From the NCBI GenBank assembly GCA_051362555.1, contig CM120649.1:13392001-13456000 (forward strand): a stretch of DNA of 64,000 bases, given 5' to 3'. Position numbers and translations under genes: made by a program. Positions within the stretch are counted from its first letter, which is position 1. Each line of letters starts with the position of its first letter. This DNA is from Lingula anatina (taxonomy: Eukaryota > Animalia > Brachiopoda). A model generated the notes under the pieces. The model did no database searches. It was not told where the DNA came from and was given only the letters and a program-made list of their open reading frames with translations. Shown piece after piece: positions 13,667 to 26,900 of the stretch.

Positions 13667-16600
13667 AACAACAACAACAATAATAATGTAAATAATAATA
13701 ATAATAATAAGAAGAAATGATTTATATGATATAGTGGACAAAGAGGCCAGCTTGGCTACGCGTCATCGATATGTGTCGACAACGTGAACATTAGACCTTT
13801 AAAAAATAATAATGTTAAAAATAATAAAAAGTGACAAGTTAAAAACATCGTCTATTTGGCTCACCTGGCCGATTAACTTGCCAAACACCAAGGCCTCCCA
13901 TCTTGCTGTGAAGCAGACCACGCCACTGTATTCTATATAGAAAAGTGTAAGGATGATTATTGGGCCAGAGGGATACTAGAAATCATATATATAAAGTATA
14001 TATATATACACGAAAATGAAAAAAAATTCAATTGGGTTTTATTTTCTACGTGTGAATCGCTTTACTTTTCTTTCCTCTCTTTGAAAAAGGGGGGGGGGGG
14101 GGGGGGGGGGGGAGGGGGGCCTTGTGTCTTTTATTGAGAAGCACGTGCCAACTTTGATCCCCCCTCCGGGACCAGCCATTAGAGTGCACCCTGTGCTGTG
14201 GGTTGTAGTAACGTACTTCACAGCGGTCGAATATCGCTCAGCTTTGCATAAACTTTGTAAAACCCCCTTTACATTGGACGGCGTCATTTCTGTGTACTGC
14301 AGCACGACTCCATTTGACAGTAAAAATAAAACAATACTTTACGTGCCGACAATTGGCCGGTCATTAAGCATTCACTCTGCAACCAAAACGATGCTTGGGC
14401 CTCCTTCCTACAACCACAGCGATGCCAGTTTCATGGTCGCACAAAAGACACAAAAAAGACGCTGTCCAGTGTAAAGAGGGTTTTAGTCACTCACCGCTCC
14501 CTGTTCTCCGCGTTCTGGCGAATGTGAAGTCCCTCCAAGCCTGGAACAAAGAGCAAGGGCAGGGAAAGGCGACCGCCCTGAAAACTGCTATCTGGAACAG
14601 ACTCTGTGGGGCTGCCCAGTCTCGACACTTCTGGTCGTAATTCGGGATATCAGCAGGATTGGTGTAGAGTTGGTAGAACCAAACGCCTATCTCACCTGGA
14701 AGAAAGTTACGTAGAGCAAATGTTATCTCGGTTTTATAACTAATGTTGAGACCGCCAGGCCATCTTCTTGCATTGTGCAGCGTCATAACGACACGACTTC
14801 ATGACGCTATAACCCGGCAACCGTCTTTTTCTACAACGGTAAGTGCAAATAAATAAATAAAAAATAAATAAAATAATAATAATGAGTCACATTTTATAAA
14901 TCGATATTTTCAAAATTTGGACCGTTAAGAAATAAGGTTGTAATAAGAATTAAGTGCTCAGTCAGTAGTATCGAGCTACAGAAAATCCAAAATATGCACT
15001 GCAGGTGCCTGTTAGGCTGGAACCCATACAAATGTGACATTTCCAGGTAAATGAGGTCTACAAGGTTGTTTCTTCCTCATTGTTAGTTAATCGTTTAAAA
15101 CACTTTCTATTATAATAATGATCCCGAGCTCTGGGATCTATGAGCTGACATGGAAACCTTGCGGCGCTACCAGTAGCTCAGTTTACATGCTACTAATGTG
15201 CGCCAACCTAGTGGTTAATTAATTCACCTGAATTGCCCACCAACTTATCAATGCTCCCCATTGTTTCCTGCGTTGAGAAAATCCCCGTTTTGCAATAATT
15301 ATTTCCATCTGTTACAGTAAGGGCTGCCTTCTTCTCTATGGTAGTAGCCGCTATACTGATACCGTTGTCTTTATAGTTGAATATTACATACGACTGTACG
15401 CCATCGGAAAGAATAACAGCTTGGAAAGTGGCCTCCTACATTAGGATTACAATTTGAATCAAATATAATATAATATAATATAATATAATATAATATAATA
15501 TAATATAATATAATAGTAAACCTAAGTTCTTTTTTAATTTTCAGAAAATTTCTTGGCGTCATAGCTATTGTATGTATGGATATATAAATTAACATTTAAA
15601 TCAACATAAGACAACAAGGAAGGCAGACATATATAATAAAATAGAATGATAGATTCTTTACATAAACTAAGCAAAATACCTCGTTTGATCCAAAGGAGGA
15701 AAATGGACGACAACCTTCCCACGTGACCACCGTCGCCATGGTAGCGTTAAACACATCACTGCTGGCAAAGTTCTGAACATCCTCCCTGCCCCTCTGAAGC
15801 ACGTACGACCCAGCAGTATTGTTGTTGTAGTCCCTGTAGTAATCGTATATCCCCGTGTACACGGTGCAACCATCCAGGTCCATCCAGTATGGCGCAATAA
15901 TGGCGGTTCGTACATTATTCAAAAGACGGCTGCAGGCGGCGCTTCTGTAGCTTAGGTATATCTGCCCCAGGGAGACGTACCCATTGGTTGTTACCTATAA
16001 AAGTGCTGGTTTCAGTTAATGAAAATAATAATTAAAGAAGCAATGGTAAGTATAAATTTTTAGTATGACAACAAATTCAATATCATCATCATAATAATAA
16101 TAATAATAATAATAATAATATAAGGGGCTCTTTTAAAATGTTCAACTGGCACGTGCGGCTACTAAAGCCAGTATTCACTCACATAGATCCTGGATTTCTT
16201 TGACGTCCCCATGATGACATATATTGGGATCTGGAAAGAAGTGACCCGGTCGTCCCCAGTGAGGAAAGAATCGCCGTGTGAAGAACCGTAAGGGTACATC
16301 CTATTCCCCCGTACCACTGTGGGTGCAAATAAATCATTATTTTATTACGAATATATTGGATGCTTTAGTACTTGCGTTTGAAAAAAAAATTGAAACCTCA
16401 ATATGACATCGCTTTGATGCTATATTTTTTGTATTGGGAAGAGGGGAACGTAAACTATTAAGATTAAATGATGCATTTAAACGCTTAGATATTTTAGCCA
16501 ACTAAAATAAATTTTAATTGATTATCCAGTCAAATAAAAGTAAAAGACTTATTTCACAGAAAAAAAGATTAATGTAAAGCCACAAGTCCACCCTTCTATT

Positions 16601-19600
16601 CATAGAAACGTATCGTTATAGTTGTCGAACTTATCTGCACAATACACCTAACTAATAGTTACTTGATAAAATGAGACAAAAAGTAGTAACATGATCGAAT
16701 AAGACACAAATGGCTCACCTTGCTGGCAGTTTGCCCCTGTAAAAGCCCAACTAGCGCCTGAGCTACAGTTACACCTTCCACTGACACAGCGCCCTCTATT
16801 CCTACATCCTGCATCGTTGGTGCAGTCTGTGGCGCCGTTGGTTACCGAGGAAGAAACGGCCACGGACGATGACGAACTGGTTTCTGTGACAGAGGAAGTT
16901 TCTGCGGTGGAAGCCAGAGTTGCAGTCGTTGTGGAAGTCAATGAAGGTGTTTCGGTAGTTGCCGAAGTGGTTTGAGATGAAGTTGCAGAAGGTGAAATCG
17001 TACTGCTGATGGCAGAAGTTGGTGGCTGAGATGAACTATCTGGTGCTGCTGCTGTTGCAGTTGTAGTCTCTGCGGCAGTTGGTGACTGAGATGAACTATC
17101 TGGTGCTGCTGCTGTTGCAGTTGTAGTCTCTGCGGCAGTTGGTGATTGAGATGAACTATCTGGTGCTGCTGCTGTTGCAGTTGTAGTCTCTGCGGCAGTT
17201 GGTGATTGAGATGAACTATCTGGTGTTGCTGCTGTTGCAGTTGTTGTCTCTGTGGCAGTTGGTGACTGAGATGAACTATCTGTTGTTGAGACTGTTGCAG
17301 TTGTGCTTTCTGCTGCAGTCGATGACTGAGTTGAACTGTCTGTTGCTGATGTTGTTACAGAGGCACTCTCAGTAGCAGATGGTGAACTGTCTGTTGCTGA
17401 TGCTGTTGCAGAGGCACTCTCACTTGCAGATGATGACTGAGATGAACTATCTATTGCTGAAACTGTTGTAGTGGCACTCTGAGTGGCAGATGGTGACTGA
17501 GATGAACTATCTATTGCTGAAACTGTTGCAGCGGCACTCTGAGTGGCAGATGGTGGCTGAGATGAACTGTCTGCTGTTGATACTGTTGTTGCAGTGACAT
17601 TCTCAGTAGCAGATGGTGACTGAGATGAACTTTCTGCTGTTGCTGCTGTTGCAGATGCACTCTCAGTAGCAGATGGTGACTGAGATGAACTGTCTGTTGT
17701 TGCTGCTGTTGCACTGCTGCTCTCAGTGACAGATGATGACTGAGATGAGCTGCCTACTGTTGCACTGCTGCTCTCAGCGGCAGATGCTGACTGAGATGAA
17801 ATGCCTGCTGTTGCACTGCTGCTCTCAGTAACAGTTGGTGACTGAGATGAACTGCCTGCTGTTGCAGTGCTGCTCTCAGTGGCAGATGCTGACTGAGAAC
17901 TGCCTGCTGTTGCACTGCTGCTCTCAGAAGCAGATGTTGACTGAGATAAACTGCCTGCTGTTGCACTGCTGCTCTCAGTAGCAGATGCTGACTGAGATGA
18001 ACTGCCTGCTGTTGCACTGCTGCTCTCAGCGGCAGATGCAGACTGAGATGAACTGCCTGCTGTTGCACTGCTGCTCTCAACGGCAGATGCTGATTGAGAT
18101 GAACTGCCTACTGTTGCTGCAGTGGCACTGCTGCTCTCAGTAGCAGAGGCTGCCTGAGATGAGCTGGCTGCTGTTGCTGCTGTTGCTCTGCTGCTCTCAG
18201 TAGCAGATGGTGACTGAGATGAACTGTCTGCTGTTGCACTGCTTCTCTCAGTAGCAGATGTTGTCTGATATGTACTGCCTGCTGTTACAGTGTTGCTCTC
18301 AGTGGTAGATATTGACTGAGATGAACTGCCTGCTGTTGCACTGCTGCTGTCAGTAACAGATGGTGATTGAGATGAACTGCCTGCTGTTGCTGCTGTTGCA
18401 CTGCTGCTCTCAGCGGCGGATGCTGACTGGGATGAACTAGTTGCCGCTGCACTGCTGCTCTCAGCGGCGGATGCTGACTGGGAGGAACTGGCTGCCGTTG
18501 CACTGCTGCTCTCAGCAGCTCTCAACAGCGTTGCTGACTGGGAGGAACTGGCTGCGGTTGCACTGCTGCTCTCAGTGGCAGATGCTGACTGGGGTGAACT
18601 GGTTGCCGCTGCACTGCTGCTCTCAGCGGCGGATGCTGACTGCGGGGAACTGGCTGCCGTTGCACTGCTGCTCTCAGCGGCCGATGCTGACTGGGAGGAA
18701 CTGGCTGCCGTTGAACTGCTGCTGTCAGCGGCCGATGCTGACTGGGAGGAACTGGCTGCCGTTGAACTGCTGCTCACAGCAGAGGATGCTGACTGGGAGG
18801 AACTGGCTGCCGTTGCACTGCTGCTGTCAGCGGCCGATGCTGACTGGGAGGAACTGGCTGCCGTCGCACTGCTGCTCTCAGCGGCGGATGCTGACTGGGA
18901 GGAACTGGCTGCCGTTGCACTGCTGCTCTCGGAGGAAGATGTTGACTGGGAGGAACTGGCTGCCGTTGCACTGCTGCTCTCGGTGGCTGATGCTGACTGG
19001 GAGGAACTGGCTGCCGTTGCAGTGCTGCTCTCAGCGGCGGATGCTGACTGGGAGGAACTGGCTGCCGTTGCACTGCTGCTCTCGGCGGCCAATGCTGACT
19101 GGGAGGAACTGGCTGCCGTTGCACTGCTGCTGTCAGCGGCGGATGTTGACTGGGAGGAACTGGTTGCCGTTGCACTGCTGCTCTCGGCGGCCGATGTTGA
19201 CTGGGAGGAACTGGTTGCCGTTGCACTGCTGCTCTCGGCGGCCGATGCTGACTGGGAGGAACTGGCTGCCGTTGCACTGCTGCTCACAGCAGAGGATGAT
19301 GACTGGGAGGAACTTGCTGCCGTTGCACTGCTGCTCTCAGCGGCGGATGCTGACTGGGAGGAACTGGTTGCCGTTGCACTGCTGCTCTCGGCGGCCGATG
19401 CTGACTGGGAGGAACTGGCTGCCGTTGCACTGCTGCTCTCGGCGGCCGATGCTGACTGGGAGGAACTGGCTGCCGTTGCACTGCTGCTCTCAGCGGCGGA
19501 TGTTGACTGGGAGGAACTGGCTCCCGTTGCACTGCTGCTCTCGGCGGCGGATGTTGACTGGGAGGAACTGGCTGCCGTTGCACTGCTGCTCTCAGCGGCT

Positions 19601-22600
19601 GATGCTGACTGGGAGGAACTGGCTGCCGTTACACTGCTGCTGTCAGCGGCCGATGCTGACTGGGAGGAACTGGATGCCGTAGCACTGCTGCTCTCAGGGG
19701 CTGATGCTGACTGGGAGGAACTGGCTGCCGTTGCACTGCTGCTCTCAGCGGCGGATGCTGACTGGGAGGAACTGGCTGCCGTTGCACTGCTGCTGTCAGC
19801 GGCGGATGTTGACTGGGAGGAACTGGTTGCCGTTTCACTGCTGCTCTCGGCGGCCGATGCTGACTGGGAGGAACTGGCTGCCGTTCCACTGCTGCTCTCG
19901 GCGGCCGATGCTGACTGGGAGGAACTGGCTGCCGTTGCACTGCTGCTCTCGGTTGCCGATGCTGACTGGGAGGAACTGGCTGCCGTTGCAGTGCTGCTCT
20001 CGGCGGCGGATGCTGACTGGGAGGAACTGGCTGCCGTTCCACTGCTGCTCACAGCAGACGATGATGACTGGGGGGAACTGGTTGCCATTGCACTGCTGCT
20101 CTCGGCGGCTGATGTTGACTGGGAGGAACTGGCTGCCGTTGCACTGCTGCTCTCGGCGGCCGATGCTGACTGGGAGGAACTGGCTGCCGTTGCACTGCTG
20201 CTCACAGCAGAGGATGATGACTGGGAGGAACTTGCTGCCGTTGCACTGCTGCTCTCAGCGGCGGATGCTGACTGGGAGGAACTGGTTGCAGTTGCACTGC
20301 TGCTCTCGGCGGCCGATGCTGACTGGGAGGAACTGGCTGCCGTTGCACTGCTGCTCTCGGCGGCCGATGCTGACTGGGAGGAACTGGCTGCCGTTGCACT
20401 GCTGCTCTCAGCGGCGGATGTTGACTGGGAGGAACTGGCTCCCGTTGCACTGCTGCTCTCGGCGGCGGATGTTGACTGGGAGGAACTGGCTGCCGTTCCA
20501 CTGCTGCTCTCGGCGGCCGATGCTGACTGGGAGGAACTGGCTGTCGTTGCACTGCTGCTCACAGCAGAGGATGATGACTGGGAGGAACTGGATGCCGTTG
20601 CACTGCTGCTCTCAGCGGCTGATGCTGACTGGGAGGATGTGGCTGCCGTTGCACTGCTGCTCACAGCAGAGGATGATGACTGGGAGGAACTGGATGCCGT
20701 TGCACTGCTGCTCTCAGCGGCTGATGCTGACTGGGAGGATGTGGCTGCCGTTGCACTGCTGCTCACAGCAGAGGATGATGACTGGGAGGAACTGGATGCC
20801 GTTGCACTGCTGCTCTCAGCGGCGGATGCTGACTGGGAGGAACTGGTTGCAGTTGCACTGCTGCTCTCGGCGGCCGATGCTGACTGGGAGGAACTGGCTG
20901 CCGTTGCACTGCTGCTCTCGGCGGCCGATGCTGACTGGGAGGAACTGGCTGCCGTTGCACTGCTGCTCTCAGCGGCGGATGTTGACTGGGAGGAACTGGC
21001 TCCCGTTGCACTGCTGCTCTCGGCGGCGGATGTTGACTGGGAGGAACTGGCTGCCGTTGCACTGCTGCTCTCAGCGGCTGGTGCTGACTGGGAGGATGTG
21101 GCTGCCGTTGCACTGCTGCTCACAGCAGAGGATGATGACTGGGAGGAACTTGCTGCCGTTGCACTGCTGCTCTCAGCGGCGGATGTTGACTGGGAGGAAC
21201 TGGCTCCCGTTGCACTGCTGCTCACAGCAGAGGATGATGACTGGGAGGAACTTGCTGCCGTTGCACTGCTGCTCTCAGCGGCGGATGCTGACTGGGAGGA
21301 ACTGGTTGCAGTTGCACTGCTGCTCTCGGCGGCCGATGCTGACTGGGAGGAACTGGCTGCCGTTGCACTGCTGCTCTCGGCGGCCGATGCTGACTGGGAG
21401 GAACTGGCTGCCGTTGCACTGCTGCTCTCAGCGGCGGATGTCGACTGGGAGGAACTGGCTCCCGTTGCACTGCTGCTCTCGGCGGCGGATGTTGACTGGG
21501 AGGAACTGGCTGCCGTTCTACTGCTGCTCTCGGCGGCCGATGCTGACTGGGAGGAACTGGCTGTCGTTGCACTGCTGCTCACAGCAGATGATGATGACTG
21601 GGAGGAACTGGATGCCGTTGCACTGCTGCTCTCAGCGGCGGATGCTGACTGGGAGGAACTGGTTGCAGTTGCACTGCTGCTCTCGGCGGCCGATGCTGAC
21701 TGGGAGGAACTGGCTGCCGTTGCACTGCTGCTCTCGGCGGCGGATGTTGACTGGGAGGAACTGGCTGCCGTTGCACTGCTGCTCTCAGCGGCTGATGCTG
21801 ACTGGGAGGATGTGGCTGCCGTTGCACTGCTGCTCACTGCAGAGGATGATGACTGGGAGGAACTGGATGCCGTTGCACTGCTGCTCTCAGCGGCTGATGC
21901 TGACTGGGAGGATGTGGCTGCCGTTGCACTGCTGCTCACAGCAGAGGATGATGACTGGGAGGAACTGGATGCCGTTGCACTGCTGCTCTCAGCGGCGGAT
22001 GCTGACTGGGAGGAACTGGTTGCAGTTGCACTGCTGCTCTCGGCGGCCGATGCTGACTGGGAGGAACTGGCTGCCGTTGCACTGCTGCTCTCGGCGGCCG
22101 ATGCTGACTGAGAGGAACTGGCTGCCGTTGCACTGCTGCTCTCAGCGGCGGATGTTGACTGGGAGGAACTGGCTGCTGTTGCACTGCTGCTCTCGGCGGC
22201 GGATGTTGACTGGGAGGAACTGGCTGCCGTTGCACTGCTGCTCTCAGCGGCTGGTGCTGACTGGGAGGATGTGGCTGCCGTTGCACTGCTGCTCACAGCA
22301 GAGGATGATGCCTGGGAGGAACTGGATGCCGTTGCACTGCTGCTCTCAGCGGCGGATGCTGACTGGGAGGAACTGGTTGCAGTTGCACTGCTGCTCTCGG
22401 CGGCCGATGCTGACTGGGAGGAACTGGCTGCCGTTGCACTGCTGCTCTCGGCGGCCGATGCTGACTGGGAGGAACTGGCTGCCGTTGCACTGCTGCTCTC
22501 AGCGGCGGATGTTGACTGGGAGGAACTGGCTCCCGTTGCACTGCTGCTCTCGGCGGCGGATGTTGACTGGGAGGAACTGGCTGCCGTTGCACTGCTGCTC

Positions 22601-23967
22601 TCAGCGGCTGATGCTGACTGGGAGGAAATGGATGCCGTTGCACTACTGCTGTCAGCGGCGGATGTTGACTGGGAGGAAGTGGCTGTCGTTACACTGCTGC
22701 TCTCAGCGGCGGATGATGACTGGGAGGAACTGGCTGCCGTTGCACTGCTGCTCTCGGCGGCCGATGCTGACTGGGAGGAACTGGCTGCCGTTGCACTGCT
22801 GCTCTCAGCGGCGGATGTTGACTGGGAGGAACTGGCTCCCGTTGCACTGCTGCTCTCGGCGGCGGATGCTGACTGGGAGGAACTGGCTGCCGTTGCACTG
22901 CTGCTCTCAGCGGCGGATGATGACTGGGAGGAACTGGATGCCGTTGCACTGCTGCTCTCAGCGGCGGATGCTGACTGGGTGGAACTGGCTGCCGTTGCAC
23001 TGCTGCTCTCAGCGGCGGATGCTGACTGGGAGGAACTGGATGCCGTTGCAGTGCTGCTCTCAGCGGCGGATGCTGACTGGGAGGAAATGGATGCCGTTGC
23101 ACTACTGCTGTCAGCGGCGGATGTTGACTGGGAGGAACTGGCTGCCGTTGCAGTGCTGCTCTCAGCGGTGGATGTCGACTGGGATGAACTGCCTGCCGTT
23201 GCACTGCTGCTCTCAGTAGCAGATTGTGTCTGAAATGAACTGACTGATGTCACTGCCGTTTCATAGGTACTCTCTGTAGCAGATGGTGTCTGAGATGAAC
23301 TGACTGATGTTACTGCCGTTCCAGTGGTACTCTCTGAAGTAGATGGTGTTTGAGATGAACTGACTGATGCTACCGCCGTTCCAGTGGTACTATCTGAAGC
23401 AGATTGTGTCTGAGATGAAGTGACTGATGTTATTGCCGTTCCAGTGGTACTCTCTGGAGCAGATGGTGTCTGAGATGAACTGTCTGAAGATATTACTGTT
23501 GCTGAAGTGCTTGTCGCTGATGTTGTTTCTGTTGTAGCCAATGGTGGTGCTCCGGTTTCAGTTGTAGCCACTGTTGCTGCAGCAGTTGAAATACTTGTTG
23601 CTGATGTAACCGTCTCAGTTGAAGTCTGTGATGATACTAGAATTAAATAAATAAATAACATTTTTTCAATAAGACATGGTAGTAACTGATAAATAAGATA
23701 GTAAAAGATGTTTCCCTTTTCCTGGATATCTATCGGAGGGGAAAAGGAAAATTATATTGACCAAGACGTCTTAATTAATTACCAAAACACTAATTGTGGT
23801 TTTTGCTTTTGAGAAAAAATGTTTTCAATTTTTACACACAGAAATAGGCAATAAAACATACCTTGGGAGCATAAAAAGGAGAAGATAAGCACACGCAGAA
23901 TCCCATGACTTTTAGAGACTTTCATCGTTGCCATTGTTGCATTGAAAACACGTCGTTTGGGTTCCAT
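1..23967 (-). CDS. Mucin-like extracellular protein (signal peptide - Ser/Ala/Thr repeat domain - EGF - NIDO - AMOP - VWD - EGF/EGF-Ca array), MUC4/SUSD2-like architecture; 3' end lies beyond the left edge
   Basis: Phase-compatible GT-AG exons read on the minus strand: 23862-23967 (hydrophobic [14 protein letters not shown]), 16719-23636, 16183-16316 (MYPYG..GD..DD), 15680-15994 (IAPYWMDLD), 15228-15435 ([20 protein letters not shown]; NIDO), 14495-14695, 13865-13932, 13265-13484 (QECCY...RPNNDC..Y.PP; AMOP), 12755-12867 ([19 protein letters not shown]; VWD), 12334-12457, 11934-12062, 11281-11478 ([10 protein letters not shown]), 10707-10964, 9603-9822, 6113-6282. EGF exons follow at 5552-5710, 4928-5059, 4350-4478, 3834-3956, 3311-3436, 2787-3044, 2354-2473, 1763-1891, 1098-1226, 573-707 and <1-285 (mostly D-I/V-D/N-E-C starts). 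Start codon is ambiguous (ATG at 23967 or one of two downstream in-frame ATGs). Confidence 0.9.
1412..1681. mobile_element. Non-autonomous TIR element (hAT-like MITE) with a 5-bp target duplication
   Basis: Ends cagtggcggat...atccgcccctg are imperfect inverted repeats; TATGC flanks both sides (1407-1411 and 1682-1686). Confidence 0.6.
4597..4678. repeat. Compound microsatellite (GT)n(GA)n; similar tracts at about 27296-27368 and 33148-33212
   Basis: Directly visible. Confidence 0.95.
6453..9386 (-). mobile_element. Helentron-associated non-autonomous element (HINE/DINE-1-like) carrying an internal tandem array; intronic in the mucin gene
   Basis: Exact 12-bp subterminal inverted repeats tgtaccaccagc (6491-6502) and gctggtggtaca (9369-9380). 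A palindrome overlaps the right one (9352-9379) and short ggcggagcc repeats lie just inside it. A stem-loop gaggcgatacggcctc sits near 6468-6483, followed by a CTAG-TT end on the minus strand. No TSD and no coding capacity seen. Confidence 0.7.
6640..8674. repeat. ~146-bp tandem repeat (4 + 6 copies), each block followed by a copy of a ~285-bp spacer
   Basis: The anchor attgccagta (actgcc at 7583) recurs at 6701, 6846, 6992, 7138 and at 7583, 7729, 7875, 8022, 8168, 8314. Spacer 7216-7498 is repeated at 8391-8674 (twin ORFs 7299 and 8475, offset 1176). Confidence 0.92.
10245..10596. repeat. 176-bp direct tandem duplication containing the end of a dispersed repeat
   Basis: 10245-10420 equals 10421-10596. 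The segment 10222-10333 also occurs as a reverse complement at about 63715-63830. Confidence 0.9.
16719..23636 (-). CDS. Giant 6918-nt exon encoding the Ser/Ala/Thr-rich mucin-type domain plus one EGF module
   Basis: Lies within ORF 16648..23661; acceptor ttctag|TA at 23636, donor CAAG|gtgag at 16719; phase 1-1; no stops. Confidence 0.92.
18380..23220 (-). repeat. Coding minisatellite, 51-bp unit (17 aa, [17 protein letters not shown]), about 95 copies
   Basis: Plus-strand unit gaactggctgccgttgcactgctgctctcagcggcggatgctgactgggag is repeated with few variants. It is flanked by more diverged 48- and 60-bp variants (about 17030-18380 and 23220-23480). Confidence 0.95.
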
Positions 23968-26900
23968 AAATATGCGCTTCTTCCTCTAGGGATAAAAAGA
24001 CATAAGATAAAGTGCGTTTTTGCCAGACAAATTGTATTAGCGCACTGAACATGTAACGATTAATTAACTGATTTTATCACTATTCTTTGTTTGAACTGGA
24101 AATGAAATAAGGCTTCTTGACATAAAATAAATTGCGAATTTGTTGATATCTCAGAGCACACTTTCCGCAGTCTTATCCTGTGAATTTTGCACGACACCAT
24201 TCTCTTATATTGTCGTATTTGATCTTAAAAAATCTGTGTGTATTCAAGTAGCTCACAAGGTTTAACATTAGTAATAATATAAAATATCTTTACGACATAC
24301 TTAAAGAATTAGCAAATCACGACGTTTATACACTATTTGGCCACGTGCATGGTTATGCTACCAGACTCCGCTGCTTAAGAATCGTTTGCATGGTAGTGGA
24401 AAACAAAGGAAAGGAGAAGAAAATGTACACAGTCCGTTTTATTCGATTTCTGACAAATACATATATGTATAAAACGATGCTAGGCGTAAGCGAATGATGT
24501 TACTAAAAAAACCTAAGTCAGGTTCCCTGGCTAAGAACTTAATTACCAAGGTTACATGGTCACATGGGCACATCTTACCCTATCAGGAGCAGTGTAACAG
24601 CGGTCTCATGGAAATCCTAGTCAACTAAGCCAGGGAACTGGCTAAAGGTTTTTTTTTTTGTTGTGAAACTGGGGCCTGACTAACTAAGTTAACCGTGCAA
24701 ATGGGTTTATTCATACAAATGGCATAACGCCCAGCTTCCAAAATAAAAACCAGATTCTTCATACAACAGTTTTGTTTTTCATGTTCGATGAAATGCAGCG
24801 TGTCGCCATTTATGTTCACAATATAAATATGCAAAACAAATTAATCAACTTGAAAATAAATAAATAAATAAATAAATATAAAAAAGGTAAAATGTAATGG
24901 GCCATTTTCTGTAATGATAATTCCCAAACCAGGATGCAAGGGCAATACAGGCCAAGTGAGAAAAGAAATTTAAAAAAATAATTATTTCACGCACCGAGGC
25001 TTTATGAAACAACCCTGCCTTATCTTATTGCCCATTTATAAAAATGATACACTATGCAAAGAATAAGATACCAGTTCATGATCAGACACATGTCGTAGGT
25101 ACCCAAGTCATTTTGGATTATAAAGGCAAAGAAAAGAAAGGGAAGAAAGGACTGAAAGGACGTTCCACTGATTTCTCAAGCACTCGCACCTGTTAATGCC
25201 TTTGTACGTATATATATGGATTGTAGAAAGACGTTTATATACACTTATCTGAAGAACCTATATAGGGATGAAATACTGGTGCGAACTGATCCATGAAACG
25301 GATTTGATGAATTTTATTGCGCTTTAAATACCCTTGAATAATCGAATTGACCGTCGCCTTATTCATTTATTAAAACTATGAATCAACATGAGCTTATATA
25401 CTTTCCTGTAGTTATTTATTATCAATTCTGGCTTATGTTAACATCATGGGGACAAAATGACACAATCGTGGTACAGTGCCGCCGGAATGTCCCCTTACCA
25501 AATGGCCGTATGGCCTTCATTTTCCATTTGTGCGGTTATGTTTTTAATTTGCACCCCTTGTTCTCGGAGGGCGATGATACGCAGACGCACGTAATCGCTA
25601 AGAGGCATCTTGGAATTGTGATGATTTGGAAAATTTGAGTGTCGATTTATACCGTTCACTTGGCAGGTGACACGATGGCATGGAAATCAGTGACATAAAC
25701 ATGTCATATTAAACAAAATACTTATTGGCCATTTAGGAAGTCCAGATACACAAACAATCCTGTTGACACGTGTCAGTTGATTTAGAATTATGTGCAATTG
25801 ATTAGTTTGGATTGAAGAGCGTCATCGCAATGTTAACATTAATTTTAGACGACGCGTGTCACACAGTAGTGATTATGTAATAGTCAGGGCTTAATTACTG
25901 TGTTTACCCAGCATGAATAAAGCTAACCTGAACTGATGGTTAATTAATGTGAGATGACACGTGCCAACCAGTGAAGTTAGCCCGAGAGATTGTAATCCAG
26001 TTTTTTTAATTAATTTCTTTTGATGCGTTTAAGTATGAAGAAGGCTTTTGGTTAAGTTTGGGCTTTAGATCGTAAAGATGAACTATTCCTATCGTTTTGA
26101 ATTACATATCAAACAATGATAGAGAAACAGTTCCTACTTTGTGTCCTACAGAATCAAGGAATCAGTCTTTCGGCCGGCCACCCGTCGCCTTGTCAAATAA
26201 ATAAATATTCGAAATTCGACAACGGGCCAGTTCCCCAGGCAACTTTTGCGTTCAGTTGATCGGAAGGTTGTTTACGATTGATGAACGAATACGAATGGAC
26301 AGAAATGTTACGGGTGTAGATGGGAGAGATCCTATATGCAAATATAGACTGAACTATATTAAAGATATGGCTAACAAAATGTTTATCACTGAAACAACTG
26401 ACAAGTCTTTTTGAAAAAAATGCATTTCGTCTATGAACAAACCTAATAGAAATATAAGGACATTCTATAAAAATAAATTTCAATCTTGTTAATAATATGT
26501 ATATAGTAAAGACAGTTTGAAGCGTAATAAATATTACATGTACAAGTAGTGTTTTATTTGATCTTTAATAAATTCAAAAATTAATTTATTAAACTCTATG
26601 TAAATGCAATCAATTCATAGCTACAATGTACACGAAAATTGCTGTCATCACCGAATCTTTTTGGTAAAGCGACTTTTAAAAATCACTGTTGGCAAGTTCT
26701 TATACTTAAAATCTCCGTATCAGAGTAGAGTGATCAAAGTAGAGTGAAGCCACCGCGCATTAAAGGTCAATTAACGCTTGGACGAACACTTAATTGCGAC
26801 CACGCTCACCTTCGATCTTTATCTCAGCGAGCTAGGGTTAGGCTCTTTTGTTAGCAGAAAGTTTGACACGATAATTGCCCGACGGGCAGGGTATGGAACT

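Noticed and set aside
14088-14119. Poly-G/C tracts (also near 1603, 28075, 53630, 59080) as functional G-quadruplex elements
   Set aside because: Simple homopolymers, at least two inside MITEs; no positional evidence of function.
18441-23233. Very long plus-strand ORFs (1178 aa [17 protein letters not shown] repeats; 1171 aa [17 protein letters not shown] repeats) and short alternate-frame minus ORFs
   Set aside because: They are shadows of the 51-bp coding repeat: a unit lacking stops in a frame stays open when amplified. They end where the repeat diverges and have no independent splice context.
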